A stretch of DNA of 64,000 nt from Sphaerodactylus townsendi. Its lineage: Eukaryota. The stretch spans positions 8,432,001 through 8,496,000 of the forward strand of contig NC_059428.1 of assembly GCF_021028975.2 (NCBI RefSeq), written 5' to 3'. Numbering within the stretch: the stretch's first letter is position 1; the number at the start of each line of letters is the position of its first letter. Under the pieces are notes generated by a model. It searched no databases and was not told the DNA's origin. It was given only the letters and a program-made list of their open reading frames with translations. The position numbers and the translations under genes were made by a program. Shown one piece after another: positions 12,321 to 24,600 of the stretch.

Positions 12321-13750
12321 GGGGCGGGGCTTCGGACATGGACCAGGACTCCTTGGAAGAGCTTTGTGGACGGACAGGCGCTCGGGGGTGTGCTGGCCCC
12401 CAGGAAGGATGGGGCCAGTGCCCCAGGGCCTCCGCTTCGACCTGCCCCTCCCGCCCCCACTCGTGGAGGAGCGCAGAAGTGGGTACCCGCGGTTGGGGCA
12501 TGGGGGTGGGGGCAGCTGCCCCAGGAATGTTTCCGGCCTGGTTGTGTGGAGGCGCATCCCCGCCTTTGGAGAGGAGCTCCGACGGCTCCTCAGCCCCCGC
12601 CCCCCCCCGCCACTCGGCTGCAGAAGCTCCCCCGCCCCGCGGGTTCCAAGCCACCAGCCAGCCCCACTTGGAAGCAGACGGGCGGGCGCGGCAGGCAGGC
12701 GGGCGGGCGGGCGGGTGGCCCGCCAGCTGCAGCAGGAGAGGAATGCGGCCGGGCCGGCTCCCTCGGCGGAGGCTCCGGCTCCAGCTCCGCCTGCTCCCTC
12801 CCTCCCTGCCTCCCTCCGGCTGAAGCCCACGACCTGGACGGCGGCCGCTGCCTTTCCCGCGCGGCGGGGGCGCCCTCGGGAGGGAGGGAGGAGGGCCAGC
12901 CAGGCGGGTAGGGCGCCCCTCCCCTCGCCCGCGCACGGAGCTGCCGCGGGCCTGCCTGGGACCGGCAGCGACGCCCCCCCCCCCCCCGCCAAGCCGCCGC
13001 GTGTGGCCTCCCCGTCACCCGCGCCCGCCCCCTCCGAAGCGCGGCGCAGCCCTGCCAAGCGCCCCCCTCCCCGCCCCGGAGTGGGCAGCCGGTTCCCTGC
13101 TCCCCCCCCCGCCCCCCGTCCGGCTGCTGGACCCCCGTCGTCGTCGTCGTCACCTGGGCTGTGGCCAGGAAGCGCCTCCCGGACCGGAGGGGCGCAACTC
13201 CGGGCAGGCAGGGGCAGGGCAGCAGCCTGGGCGCCGGAGCAAGCGCCGGGCCAGCCCCGTCGAGGCCAGCCCCGCAGAGGCCGAGCCAAACGCACACCCC
13301 GCCCGCCCGGCGCACCGGCTGCCTGCCTCCGCCGCCAGGTCGAGCCAGCCAGCGCGGGGGCTCTTCCGACCGGGGGCCTCCCCCCCCCCGCACCCTAGCT
13401 CCCCGGGGAGCCGTCGGGCACTCTGCCCGTGGCTCCCGCACTGGGTGGGGGGGCAGAGCCGCATCTGCTCCGGCGGGAACCCCCTCCAGGGCCTTGGCCA
13501 GATTCAGCGCGCTCAGACCAGTGGCAGGCAGGACCAACCCAGCCCGAGAGACCCCCGTCCCACCAACAACCCGCAGCCCCCCCCCCCCCGTGGAAGCTCC
13601 CATGTTGGCGGTGGGGGGAGAAGATACCTCAGTTCTGCTGGTGTCGAGGTCAGGAAGGGGGGGGAAGCACTGGATCCAGCTGTGAGGGTTCCTGGCGCCC
13701 GCCCACCCCCCCCCCAGGGTGGACGAAAGTTGATGCCCAGCTGCCATTCT
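12300..13750. promoter_or_regulatory. Second CpG island (orphan, or distal TRIM3 promoter)
   Basis: Dense CpG; candidate minus-strand donor CAG|gtgacg with exon end at 13154; no recognisable coding exon. Confidence 0.55.
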
Positions 13751-14675
13751 GAAGTGAGCCGCCCTCTCCAAAGCTGACCCCCGACAATCCCCTGGGAGGA
13801 GGAACAGCGAAGAGAGACCCCAGGAATGACTGCTTGGGGCACAGACCCCGGCCTCTCCCCAGGAGACTGTCCAGGCAGTGGGGGCAGCGGATGGATTGGC
13901 TGGCCTTTCACAGTGCCAACATTGTGCAATTGTGGGTCAACTGTGTGGGCTTCGTGTGGGGGATGCTGTTTGATGATGTTGCAGAGTCTCCCTTGTAAGC
14001 TGTGCTGCTGCCACATGGTCAGACAAATAAAGATGCCGAAGGGAACGGCCGGGAGGGTGTTTTTCCAGGCGTCTCACACTTCTAACCTTAGCTGCTGAAG
14101 CTTTACAAAGGGGGAGGGTCTGGACTCTGGACTAGGTGTGTGCCGAGTGGACTGGGGCAGGAAATCTCACAGCAACCCACAGCCTCCGCTTAGATCGACC
14201 CCCCCCTCTCCCCCAGAGATGCCAGAAACCCCCTGGTCCCTGCTGCTAACAACCTCATAAGGCTACCTGCATTACTTTCTTTCCTTAGCCTTTATTTGGC
14301 ATAAAACAAATAAAATAAAATCCTATCAAAAATACAGAACTTATAATAAAAGCAGTATTCAAATATGTAGCATAAGTGCAGGCTACTGGATATACATCAC
14401 TTCCAATAAAAATTATGCTACCGTTTCACAAGTTGTGAGATCAGAATTATCCAGTAAAAAAAGGAGTCTGCAGGGAGCCTCCATTTCATCAGGAATCAGA
14501 GAAAACATATTAGAATATTTTAATCTAATATTTGCCGACTCGGGGCAGAACAATTGATGTATCAATATTTCAATTTGTTGTTTGTTACAAGAGCAGAACT
14601 CCCTTTCACTCGTTTCTACGTTGTTGAATCTACCACGCAATAAAGCAGAGGGGCTACTGGCATTACCAAATGGGA

Positions 14676-14830
14676 AGGGGGCTCGGCCTAGTTGCCACCC
14701 TGGTAGGGGCTGGGGGGGGGGCTCGGCCCAGTTGCCAGCGGGGGGGGGGGGCTCAGCCTAGTTGCCAGCCTGGGGGGGGGCTTGACCCAGTTGCCAGCCG
14801 GGGGGGGGGGGCTCAGCCTCGTTGCCAGCC
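14676..14830. repeat. G-rich minisatellite, about 5 units of G(n)CTCRGCCYAGTTGCCAGC
   Basis: Direct tandem units visible in the sequence. Confidence 0.8.
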
Positions 14831-16337
14831 TCCCACCAGCCAGCACCAGAGCCCCCTCCTGCTGCTTCCAGCTCTCCTGCTCCAGGGACGGTGAACTGGG
14901 TCCCTGCTGCCCCCACCCTATCCTTTGGACAGTGTTCCCAGACCTCAGGCTGTGTCACTTAAGGAGCTCCTCCCCCCAAGTGTGCAGGGTCCACACAAAG
15001 ACTCAGGCTCCACGGGGGGGGGGGGAGGGGAGGTGGAAACCTGCAGCCCCCTCCCCATCCCTGTCCTTAGGCTGGACGATGTGTGGACAACAGGCCAGTG
15101 TTACTTGAATGTCCTCCGTTCTCAAAGTCGGGGCTTCTCCCGCACCCCTTGCTCCTCTATTGAGTCTGGGGGCCCTGTGAGGGGACCCACGGGATGGCGG
15201 CCCCTGCTGGAGGCAGACACCCCCAGGCAAGCAGAGGGGACAAGAGGAGCCGGTTGTAACCCTGCCCAGGGAAGGTGGAGAGACAGAGGTGCGCACGAGG
15301 AGGACCTTTGCACTTCATGAGACAGGCTGCGCCACTTGGCTCTCATCCCTTGAAGTGGGAGAGGAGAAACACCCCCCCCCCCATTAGCAGGTCATCCTTC
15401 AAGGGGTCTGTGCTTGGAGCAGGACGCCTCATTCGCGCGCCCCTCCCCACCACCTGTGAGACTGCAGAGGGTCCCAAGTTCCTAAAGACTGACACTCTGG
15501 GGCAAGTCCTTGGTGGGGGTGGGGTGGGGAGAGAAACACCCTGGCTCAAGGAAGGGGGCTGCCATCTCCCTCCACGGGCCAGCTCCCAGGGACCCCCCCC
15601 CTATCAAGCATGGGGGGGCATGAATGAGAGAAACTGGTCAGGAGGCTGGAACTGATCCAGGGAAGGTGCACATAATCTCACTGGACTTTGAGACTTCAGC
15701 TGTTTATAGGCTGCCTCTCCCTGAGCCTCCAGGTGCGTTGGATCGTGGGAGTGGAGGCAGGTCAGCACCTCCCTGAGACCAGGGCCTGGAGCACGACCTG
15801 CACATATCAGGGAAAACTTTGCTTCAGACGTGGTGAGAAGAGCCTCTCTGCCCTCGCCGCATCCATCTGGAATTCTACACATTGGGGGGCCCCACTGAAG
15901 CCAGGCTGGCTGACCGCCCCGTGTCGAACTGTGGACACTTTAGCCAGGTTGCCACCAAATGAAATACTGAAGACAAACTCTTTGAGTTGGAGTATGATGT
16001 CTCGATGGCCCAGGCCAGCAAGTTCTGCTCGCCAATCCCCCTCGGTATTTCATACGACTCCTGGGGCATGGCCAAATATCTGCTTCCACTTCCTGACCCT
16101 AAGTTGCTTCGTGCTCTAACTGCAGCTAGGTCTGACCCTCTGCCGTGAGACAAGCCACGTTCTGCTCCACTGTCCTCTATATGAGACAGCTCGATTAAAA
16201 CTTCTGCTACCTCTCTGGGGCGGTTCTGAAAACTGGACAGATGAACAAAAGACATCGTTTCTTTCGAATAATATTTTGGGTGCAGCTTTAGAGCAAATAG
16301 TTAGGTTCCTTAGTATAGTTATAAGTGTTCTTAATTA

Positions 16338-16570
16338 TCTTGGACAGATTTATGGAGACATCAATCTATGGCTCCCAATCTTGATCTTCCTTGATCTGAG
16401 ATGGCAAATGCCTTAACAGACCAGGTGCTCGGGAGCAGCAGCCGCAGAAGGCCCTTGCTTTCCCCTCCTGCAGGTGAGCTCCCAAAGGCACCTGGTGGGC
16501 CACTGCGAGCAGCAGAGAGCTGGACTAGATGGACTCTGGTCTGATCCAGCTGGCTTGTTCTTATGTTCTA
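16338..16570 (+). mobile_element. CR1 LINE 3' end
   Basis: ...GGACTAGATGGACTCTGGTCTGATCCAGC...TTCTTATGTTCT tail. Confidence 0.8.
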
Positions 16571-16959
16571 ACTTTTTGTTTGGTTATTTTAACACCTGTG
16601 TTTACTTTCACTTGAGTGTGTGCCATTAAAGGTCTCGACTTGACTTGAGATAGTGGGAGTGAAACACAGTGAACAGGATTGGGCGTCCGAGGAACTGTGC
16701 AAACAGCTGCAGAAACCAGAAACGCAGCTGGGAAAAACCTGCTAGCAAAGCCCCCGGGTCCCTGCGTCAGCTTTCCGCCTGCAGAGGGCTGCGCTGCCAG
16801 AACAGGGATTTGAGGGTGATACTCGGATCCAGCGGGACTTCTTTTCTCCAAGGAAGGCGTGCCTCTGCTGTCTACTTCCATTTTCCGGAATGCAAGTGCT
16901 GGAACTTAACCCCTCCCGCAGTCTGGTGCCACCGGTCAGCATCCAATATCAGGAGAGCA

Positions 16960-17085
16960 GACATAAGAACATAAGAACGAGCCAGCTGGATCAGACCAGA
17001 GTCCATCTAGTCCAGCACTCTGCTACTCAACAGTGGCCCACCAGGTGCCTTTGGGAGCTCACATGCAGGATGTGAAAGCAAGGGC

Positions 17086-17121
<36 letters not shown>

Positions 17122-17520
17122 AGCACCTGGTCTGCTAAGGCATTTGCAACCTCAGATCAAGGAGGATCAAGATTGGGAGCCATAAATCGACTTCTCCTCC
17201 ATAAATCTGTCCAAGCCCCTTTTAAAGCTATCCAGGTTAGTGGCCATCACCACCTGCTGTGGCAGCATATTCCAAACACCAATCCCACGTTGCGTGAAGA
17301 AGCGTTTCCTTTTATTAGTCCTAATTCTTCCCCCCAGCATTTTCAATGGATGCCCCCTGGTTCTAGGATTGCGAGAAAGAGAGAAAAATTTCTCTCTGTC
17401 CACATTTTCTAACCCAGGCATAATTTTACAGACTTCAATCCTCTCCCCCCTCAGACGTCTCCTCTCCAAACTAAAGAGCCCCAAACGCTGCAGCCTCTCC
17501 TCATAGGGAAAGTGCTCCAC
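16960..17520 (-). mobile_element. CR1 LINE 3' end with ORF2 C-terminus
   Basis: YEERLQRLGLFSLERRRLRG...RTRGHPLK...FFTQR..VWNMLP...FKRGLDRFM; (TTCTTATG)n tail. Confidence 0.92.
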
Positions 17521-17738
17521 CAAAGGCCTCCGTCACTTTGCACCACTGGGATTGGTTGACATCAAAAGTGTGGCAAGGATTTTCCTTCCTGCCTCTTCTC
17601 ACCCCACCCCCACCATTAAAAATCGTGTCATGGAAAAGTCCCTCTGAGATACCCCCCACCCCCCAAAAAACAGCATTAGGTGGGAGCCAGGATTCCAACT
17701 TTGCTCAAATCCAGCCCAGGCAGTAAAGACTCAAACCA

Positions 17739-17744
17739 TTTATT
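17739..17744 (-). terminator. Candidate polyadenylation signal of the FHDC1-like gene
   Basis: AATAAA on minus strand about 350 nt after the stop codon. Confidence 0.6.
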
Positions 17745-18091
17745 CAGATTAACACATTTAAAAAGAAACAAGAGAGGGAGCTTTTAAAAACTCTGGAGCA
17801 GCAATATTGGGCAGGGGTGGGGTGGGGGGGCTGCTGCTGCTGCTGCTGCTGTCTGGGGCAAGGAGTTATGGGGAAGACCTGGGCGGTCCCGCTCTGTGCT
17901 CGGAGGCTGGGGGGCCAGAGGCTCCAATCCCAGTGGCCGGAAGGAAGGGAGGAAGGAAGGGGAAGGGATGCAGGCTGGACGGAGCAGAGAAGCCCCAGTA
18001 GGACCAGGCAGGAGCCCCCACCGAACCCCCTGCTCCTGGTCTCCCCCTCCCCAGCCTCCCCCCCCCGCCTGGGCAAGCAGCCAGGGGCCCC

Positions 18092-18682
18092 TCAGCCCTC
18101 AGACGGGGACTGTCCTTTATCTCCAACGCTCAGCCTGCGGAAGAATCCCACCAGCCCAGAGCCCTCCTGGGGGGATCCTGGGGGGGTCGCTGCTGCTGCT
18201 GCCCCTGGGAGGAGCTTCCTTTGGAAAAGAGTGGGGAAGCGGAGGCCCTGGGGGGCGCCTGGCGAAGGGAGCTCCTTGGAGGGCTCCAGCAGAGGCGACC
18301 TCAGCAACGCCTTGAGGCCCTGTCCGAAGCGCCTGCCCCGCTTGGCCTTGCTGGGGGGAGCCGACGCGGGGAGAGCTGCTGTGGGCGGCTCTTGCAGGGA
18401 AGGCTGGGAGCCGGGGGACAGCAGGGTGAGCGTGTGCCTCCGCCTGGGGGGCAACGGCCTCTCTCGGGGCTGGGGGCTGCCTGGGCAGGGGTGAGGCCCC
18501 CGCAGGGAGCGGCCGCCCTGGCCAGGACGAAGCGCCCCCAGGAAGAGCAGGTCCAGCTGCATGTCCAGCAGGTCAGGATCCCGGGCGGAGCACGTGGCGA
18601 TGGAGCGCCGCTGCCTCTTCTCCCGGCGCACCTGCTCCTGCTGCTGGCGCCGCCGCTCCGTCGCCTCCCGAGCCTGGTTCTC
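18092..18682 (-). CDS. FHDC1-like last coding exon
   Basis: [30 protein letters not shown]...[21 protein letters not shown]; TGA at 18092-18094. Confidence 0.85.
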   Translation of the reverse strand, partial: ENQAREATERRRQQQEQVRREKRQRRSIATCSARDPDLLDMQLDLLFLGALRPGQGGRSLRGPHPCPGSPQPRERPLPPRRRHTLTLLSPGSQPSLQEPPTAALPASAPPSKAKRGRRFGQGLKALLRSPLLEPSKELPSPGAPQGLRFPTLFQRKLLPGAAAAATPPGSPQEGSGLVGFFRRLSVGDKGQSPSEG

Positions 18683-21600
18683 CTGCCGGTGGGGAAGGAG
18701 GAAAGGAGGAGGGCTGCCACCTGGCCCTCCCGTTCAGACCGGCCGGCCCCTGAGGGGGATGGGGCGGGCTACGCCCTGCTACCCCAGCATGCTTTTGGGC
18801 AAGGAGATGCCCCCGCCCCCCGGCCTAGGGGTTGTCCAGTGGAGAGCCAATGGGCGCAAAGGGCACACAACATCTCCTCAAGGTTCAGTCTGTCCCTGAA
18901 AAGCAGGAATTTGGCACCAGGGCCCAAGCTGGGGGGTTTAAACCGCCCCCCCCCCGAGCCCCTGTTCCCTACACAGACAACCCAGACAACACAGACAACT
19001 ACACAGTAAGCCAGTGGAAGGGCGACTGCCCACAGCCACGTTCTGCTAGTTCCCTCCCAGTAACTTGCATCATGACTATACTGGTCAGCCACACTAAAAA
19101 CTGGGCAACTGCACTGGTCATTCAAATAAGGGTGGCCCACTGAGAAGGGAGGCAGCAGGGAGGGAGGACGAGAGGCCACCGGGGGGGGGCAACTCTTTGC
19201 GGGCAACAACCCAGCGCAGCACCCACCTGAGCCGCGAGAAGGAAGCGCTCCCCAAACGCCTGGAAGATGCGGCAGCACTCGGCCAGGCTGAAGGCCTCTG
19301 GCTCCTCGCAGAAGAAGTTGCAGAGCGTGGCCGTGGCTCGCTTCAGGTCGTCCAGCGAGGCCCCCACAAGGCTCAGCTCCGCCTCCGCCACGTGCAGGAA
19401 CGGCTCCATCTGGGCCTTCAAGTCCAGGGCCTCCAGCCCCTCCCGAGCCCCCACGACTCGCTGGCCCAGCCGATGCAGCTCCGCCGCAACCTCTGGACCC
19501 ACAATCCTGGTGGGAAGAGACGCGGATCCTTGCAGGACGGAACCCGGGGCGGGGGGGGGGGGAGCGCTGAGGAGGCTCTTTTTGCTTGGGGGGAGGAGCG
19601 TGGCCTTGCTCCACTGGGCACTAAGAGCCAGCTCTCCCCCTCTCTAACGGAAGGAGTGCCCCCCCTATTGCAGCCTTTCTGGGCAGTCACGGTGTGTGCC
19701 CACCCCCTCTAAAGGACTTTATAAAGAAAAACCCAGCAGGGGACTGACTGTTTGGGCCAATAACAGGCCACCGGGATGGTGGTGGCAGCAGCAGCAGCAA
19801 GGGGCTCCAGCAAGGTGGCAGCAGCCAGCCAAAAGGGCACTCGGCCACTGGGCCTCTAGCGGCCGAGCCAGCCTCAGGATCACGGAGCCCCCCTGGGCCC
19901 GGGGTTGGCCAGCTGCGTCCCCTGCAGTTTCCCTCTCCCTCCCTTGGGAAGGGCCAGTCGGCATCAGCCACGCAGGAGGGGTCCAGACAGGCCCTCAAGC
20001 AAAAGGGACCCTCCCAGAAAGCCCATCGTTCTGTGTCTGCTCGCGGGGAGAAAACCCTCCTGGCACAACTGGGGACGTCAAGGTTGGTGGGTTCTGACGG
20101 TCCCAACGTCCCCTGTTGCCCACAGCAACGCCACGTGCCCCTCTGCCCAAAAGATCAGCCCAGCCCCCTCCCTCTGCAGCATTCAAGACCTCCCTGGGCC
20201 CTGCTGATTCGGGGGCGCGGATGTCCAGACCTCTCACTGGGCCTATGCAGAAGATCCTCCAGCTGCAAAGTGGCCTACGAGAGACCCCACCCCCCCCACC
20301 CCCCCGGGGGCTCCCCCAAGCCCTGGAGGTGGTCATCGGTGAAAGCCCACCGAATATCCACCAAGGCCTGGAATGGCTCTATCCAGTCAGAGGTCGGCTT
20401 TGTCCATCCGGCAGGCCGGATATGGACAGGGATGCTGCTGCTGCCGCTGCAGGGTCAGGTCTTCCTGCCAAGGAGTGCCTCTGCCTCCTCCGCCAATCAG
20501 GAGTCGGTGCGCCCAGCACCCACCAGGCAGCTGGGGGTGTGGCTGGGGGTGGCTCCTCCCCTGACCCCAGGGCCTCGTGGGTGGCGGCACCGACTTCTCC
20601 TGACAAGGTGTTGCTGGAACCCTTCGCTGCAGCTGTCTTCTTGCCTGAAAGGACTGTGGGAAGGAGCGCCCCGTCCCCTGTGCCCGGCCAGCCTGGCTGT
20701 GCTCGACTGGAGCCAGGGGCAGGAAAGCACTCACATCTATTTCGCCGGGGAGGGGGTGGGAGGGACCGGCAGAAGGGCACTTGGCCCATTGGGTCATAAT
20801 CTCCTGTGGGGGCGGGTGGGCGGGTGGAGGGATGTTCAAAATAAGAAGATCTCTCAAACTTAAACCTCTCTCTCCCACCCCCCCAGATGCGTATGGGGGG
20901 GATGGCGCCCGAATACAACCCCTTCTCTGGGCACCCCCTCTGTGGGTGCTCTGAGCCCCACCCCCACAACCTGCATAAAGGGTGGGGCTCGCCCGCCCCC
21001 CCCCAATGACCAAAAGGCGTGTACGCCTCTGCACTCCCCACACTCCTGCCGCCCTGGACCAATTCAAGGGCTGTGGGCAAAACCACACCCAGGTCACAAA
21101 AAGAGGGGAATAAATGCAAACAGATACATGAACAGTGACTTGGTTCAAGTCCCCTTGGGCAGTTTTGGGAGGTCACTTCTGGCCCAGGTGAAATGCCAGG
21201 AAACCGGCGGTCATGTCAGCCATCTTCTACTCTACGGCATGAAGCCTCCGGAAGCCCAACGGCCAGGCCTCCCAGAGCGAGCAGGACCACCACCCCCACC
21301 CGCGCCCAGGCAGAGAAGGGAAGGGGGTGCCCTCCTTACCGCGAGGCCGGCCCAACATGGGGGAGCTTCCTGGGGAAGAAGAGAAGTCGCGGGTCTTTCT
21401 TCTCCGCCTCCTGCGCAAAGCAAAGGGAAAGCGTCCCTGAGTCAGTCGCTCTTTGGAGGCCGCTGGTGCGAGAGGTGGCTCCGGAGTCTGGGCCTGCGCT
21501 GGGCCAGCTGAGCCCCCTTCCCTTCCCTTCCGCCTCCCCAAGAGCCACCCTGCTGAGCTGCTGTGCAGACCGGGTCCAGAAGCTCCCAGTAGCCGTGCAG

Positions 21601-24600
21601 ACCCCAAACAAGGGGCTCCTGTTCCCCCACCTGAGAGATGACATTTTCCAAGCTGCTGAAAAGTTGGTCCAAGGTCTCATTACGGAAAGCCCAGCAAGGA
21701 AAGGGCTGAGGTTGGGCAGCGAAGGACAGCCATTCTGCGAGGGGCTTATCTCTGCCTGCGTCAGCAAGGGGGCCAAAATGCCTTTGTGGCGAAAGGGCTG
21801 CCCTCCTTCCCCTACAGCCCCCAACTGCAGCCATTCTCCCCCTTCCCCACCCCACTCCAAGAAGGGCAGCTAGTCACCCCTCTGGGAAATGGGAGCCAGA
21901 GGCCAGGGAGTGGCCGGGGCCAGAGGGCTCCGGGGCGACACTAGAACCCCTGAATCCTTTCCACAGGCATTTCTACGCATCCAATATTTATAAAACTGAT
22001 CTTTTGTATTACTTAAGTGCAACACTTCATACTCATTAAACGCCCTTTAACTTGCCTGGGCCCAGTCCTGCCTCCTGTCGAAGCCCAACTGCATCCCAGC
22101 TCTGCCTTCCAAGGTATTGAACCCCCCCCCCCCAGTTCAGCGTCATCCAGACTTGATGCGCACCTTTCTGCGCTCCCTTCTCTAAGTCATCTATAAAGCT
22201 GTTAAACGGCACCAGGCCCAAAACAGAACTCTGAGGCATCCGACCCGTCACCTCCCTCCAGGCCGATGGGAAGCCACAAAGCCTCACCCCTGGGTTCAGC
22301 CGGCCACTCAGGCCTTGATTCACCCCCCAGAGACTGGGCTTCCTGTCAGAGTCTGGGGCTTCTGTCCTGCGTCCTGCCTCATTCACATGCCTGGCAGTAT
22401 CTACGTCCTGTCATCCTGCTTGCTGCTTTGCAGGTAAAGAGGCCCCCCCAGCTGGAGGGCGGGAAGCTGAAGGGCAGGGGGTCATCACACAGCGGCCCCA
22501 AGGTCCGGCTCCCAGGCAACGAGAAGCGGCAGAGGTATCACCAGGGACATCCGGTGGGCCCCTCCCTGCGAGGAGCAGAGTGCTGGGCTGGCTGGACTCT
22601 GGTCTGATCCAGCCGGCTCTTTCTGATGGCCTCAGATGTCTGACATCATTACGCCTGAATGTGCACGGTTCCCGCTGGCATGAATGGCCGTTCGCCCAGC
22701 GACATGGGTAGCCCCATGTCTCCTTAGGCCATAGGTGTCAAACTCGTGCCCCTCCAGATGTTATGGACTACAATTCCCATCATCCCCTGCCAGCTCATGC
22801 TGGCAGGGGATGATGGGAACTGTAGTCCATAACATCTGGAGGGCCGCGAGTTTGACACCTGTGCCTTAGGCGGTACGCCACTGGTCTGGCATGACTTATT
22901 TCTAAGAAAGCCCTGCCGAGACTTCACCGTGCCTCTCCAAGGCTCACAGGCTCCTTCGCCATCCCATGTGCTCAGGGTTCAGAGGGGGCAGCCCAAAGTC
23001 AGGTCCCCCCCCCCGGGAAACAGAATCAGCACTTTCTTAGCAGTTCCCTCCCACAGACTCTGCTCCCCCAGAGACCCTGGGAAACGGCTCCTTAGAGACC
23101 AAGAAGATTTGGGGTGCACAAGCTTCTGAACCCCAGGGTGCCTTGGTCTGGTTCTCAAAAGCTCACCCCCCCCCAAAACCTGGTTGGTCGCTCTGGTGGG
23201 GCTCCCAGATCCCACCCCTCCCACCACCAGTGGCGGGTGAGGAGCAGGGCTGACAGATACAGGCGGAGAAACTCCTGGCACTTTAAGGGGTGGATCCTAT
23301 GTGGGACGGGGGTGCAATACCAGAGAGCCCCCCCTTCCGAGGCAGCCCTTTCCCCCAGGCAAACTGGTCTCTGTCGTCTGGCAAAGAGCTGTAATTTTGG
23401 AGGGTCCCCAGGTGCCCCCTGGAGGATGGCACCCCCACTCTCAGGCACTCCTGGATTCGACTCCAGCTCTTCCGCTGCCGACCAACATGGCCGCCTCCTG
23501 CCCCTGGTTTTAGGAACAGCCCCACCCAACCTTTGATGCCCACGGCCGGCCTGCTCTCCAAAGAGGGCCCCCAACGTGGCGAGCCTCCAAACCGCTTCCT
23601 TTCCCTTCCCTTTGGGACTGACTGGAGAACGCCAGGTGGGCCACGAGCGGAGCAGGGAATCGCCAAGCGCCCCCCACGACTCACCAGCGCCACGAAGTGC
23701 AGCAAGTCCACGCCAGGCCTGTTGGCTTTGGTGTCGGCCAGCCGGAGCAGCGAAGACATGTGGAAGCCGAGGGCAGAGCCGGCGTAGCCTCCCTGCGGGT
23801 GGGGCACGAAAACGGGAAGCCGCCAGTGGGACAGCCCCCGGCCAGAGCCCCCCCTTGCACAGACGCGCACCTCTGGCCCCCAGAGCCCCAAGGCCCAGAG
23901 CCCCACTGCCAGCTCCTCCGGGTCCCTGGCCAGCCGAAGGAGCCCCTGGCCCAGGCCTAAGCGGCTGGAGGAGGGGTTGTCTCCTGCCCAGGTTGCCCCG
24001 CTCTGTCCATCCCGAGCCGGGTACCTCATTCATGTAGTTGCCAGCCTCCAGGACCAGCCGGATGACGTCATGGAGCTCTTCGCAGCCCAGCAGCTCTGTG
24101 GGGGAGGGAGGGGGAGGGGCTGCGTGGGGACATCTTTGCCCTCCCCACAGTCTGGGGACTGAGGTGCTGACCTGTTGATAGGGGGTGGGGCAAGGAAGAG
24201 CAATGGGGAGCCCCCCCCTGGCCACCCCCAGCCCCCACAAGGCAGACTGGAGCGCAACCCACCCACCCCCATCCCTTTGTATTTTGCACTTTCGCAAGCA
24301 CAGCGGAGCCCCCCCTCACCCCGAGGAGGGCCCATCAGGCCCACGCCCGAGTCTCTCAGGACAGAACAGTCCAGCCCAGAGCCCCCCCCCCAGCCCCCCC
24401 AACTTTGCCCACCTGCAGCTGCCTCTGCCATGGTCTGGATGGCCGACCGCAGGGCACTGAGATGCGGGAAGAACTCCTCCTTCAGCACCAGCAGCTCCAA
24501 GCGGTGGGCATAGCTGGGAAAGGCAAAGGCAGCATGGGGCCCCCTGCCAGAGCAGTGCCAGGAAGGGCCCCCCTCGCCACACCGGCCCCCCCCCCCCCCC

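Noticed and set aside
12291-13777. ORFs of 330-390 aa in the second CpG island
   Set aside because: Same GC artefact; no recognisable domain.
18520-18575. DAD/WH2-like motif ([12 protein letters not shown]) in the formin tail
   Set aside because: Weak match, and there is no N-terminal DID for it to bind; not supportable without alignments.
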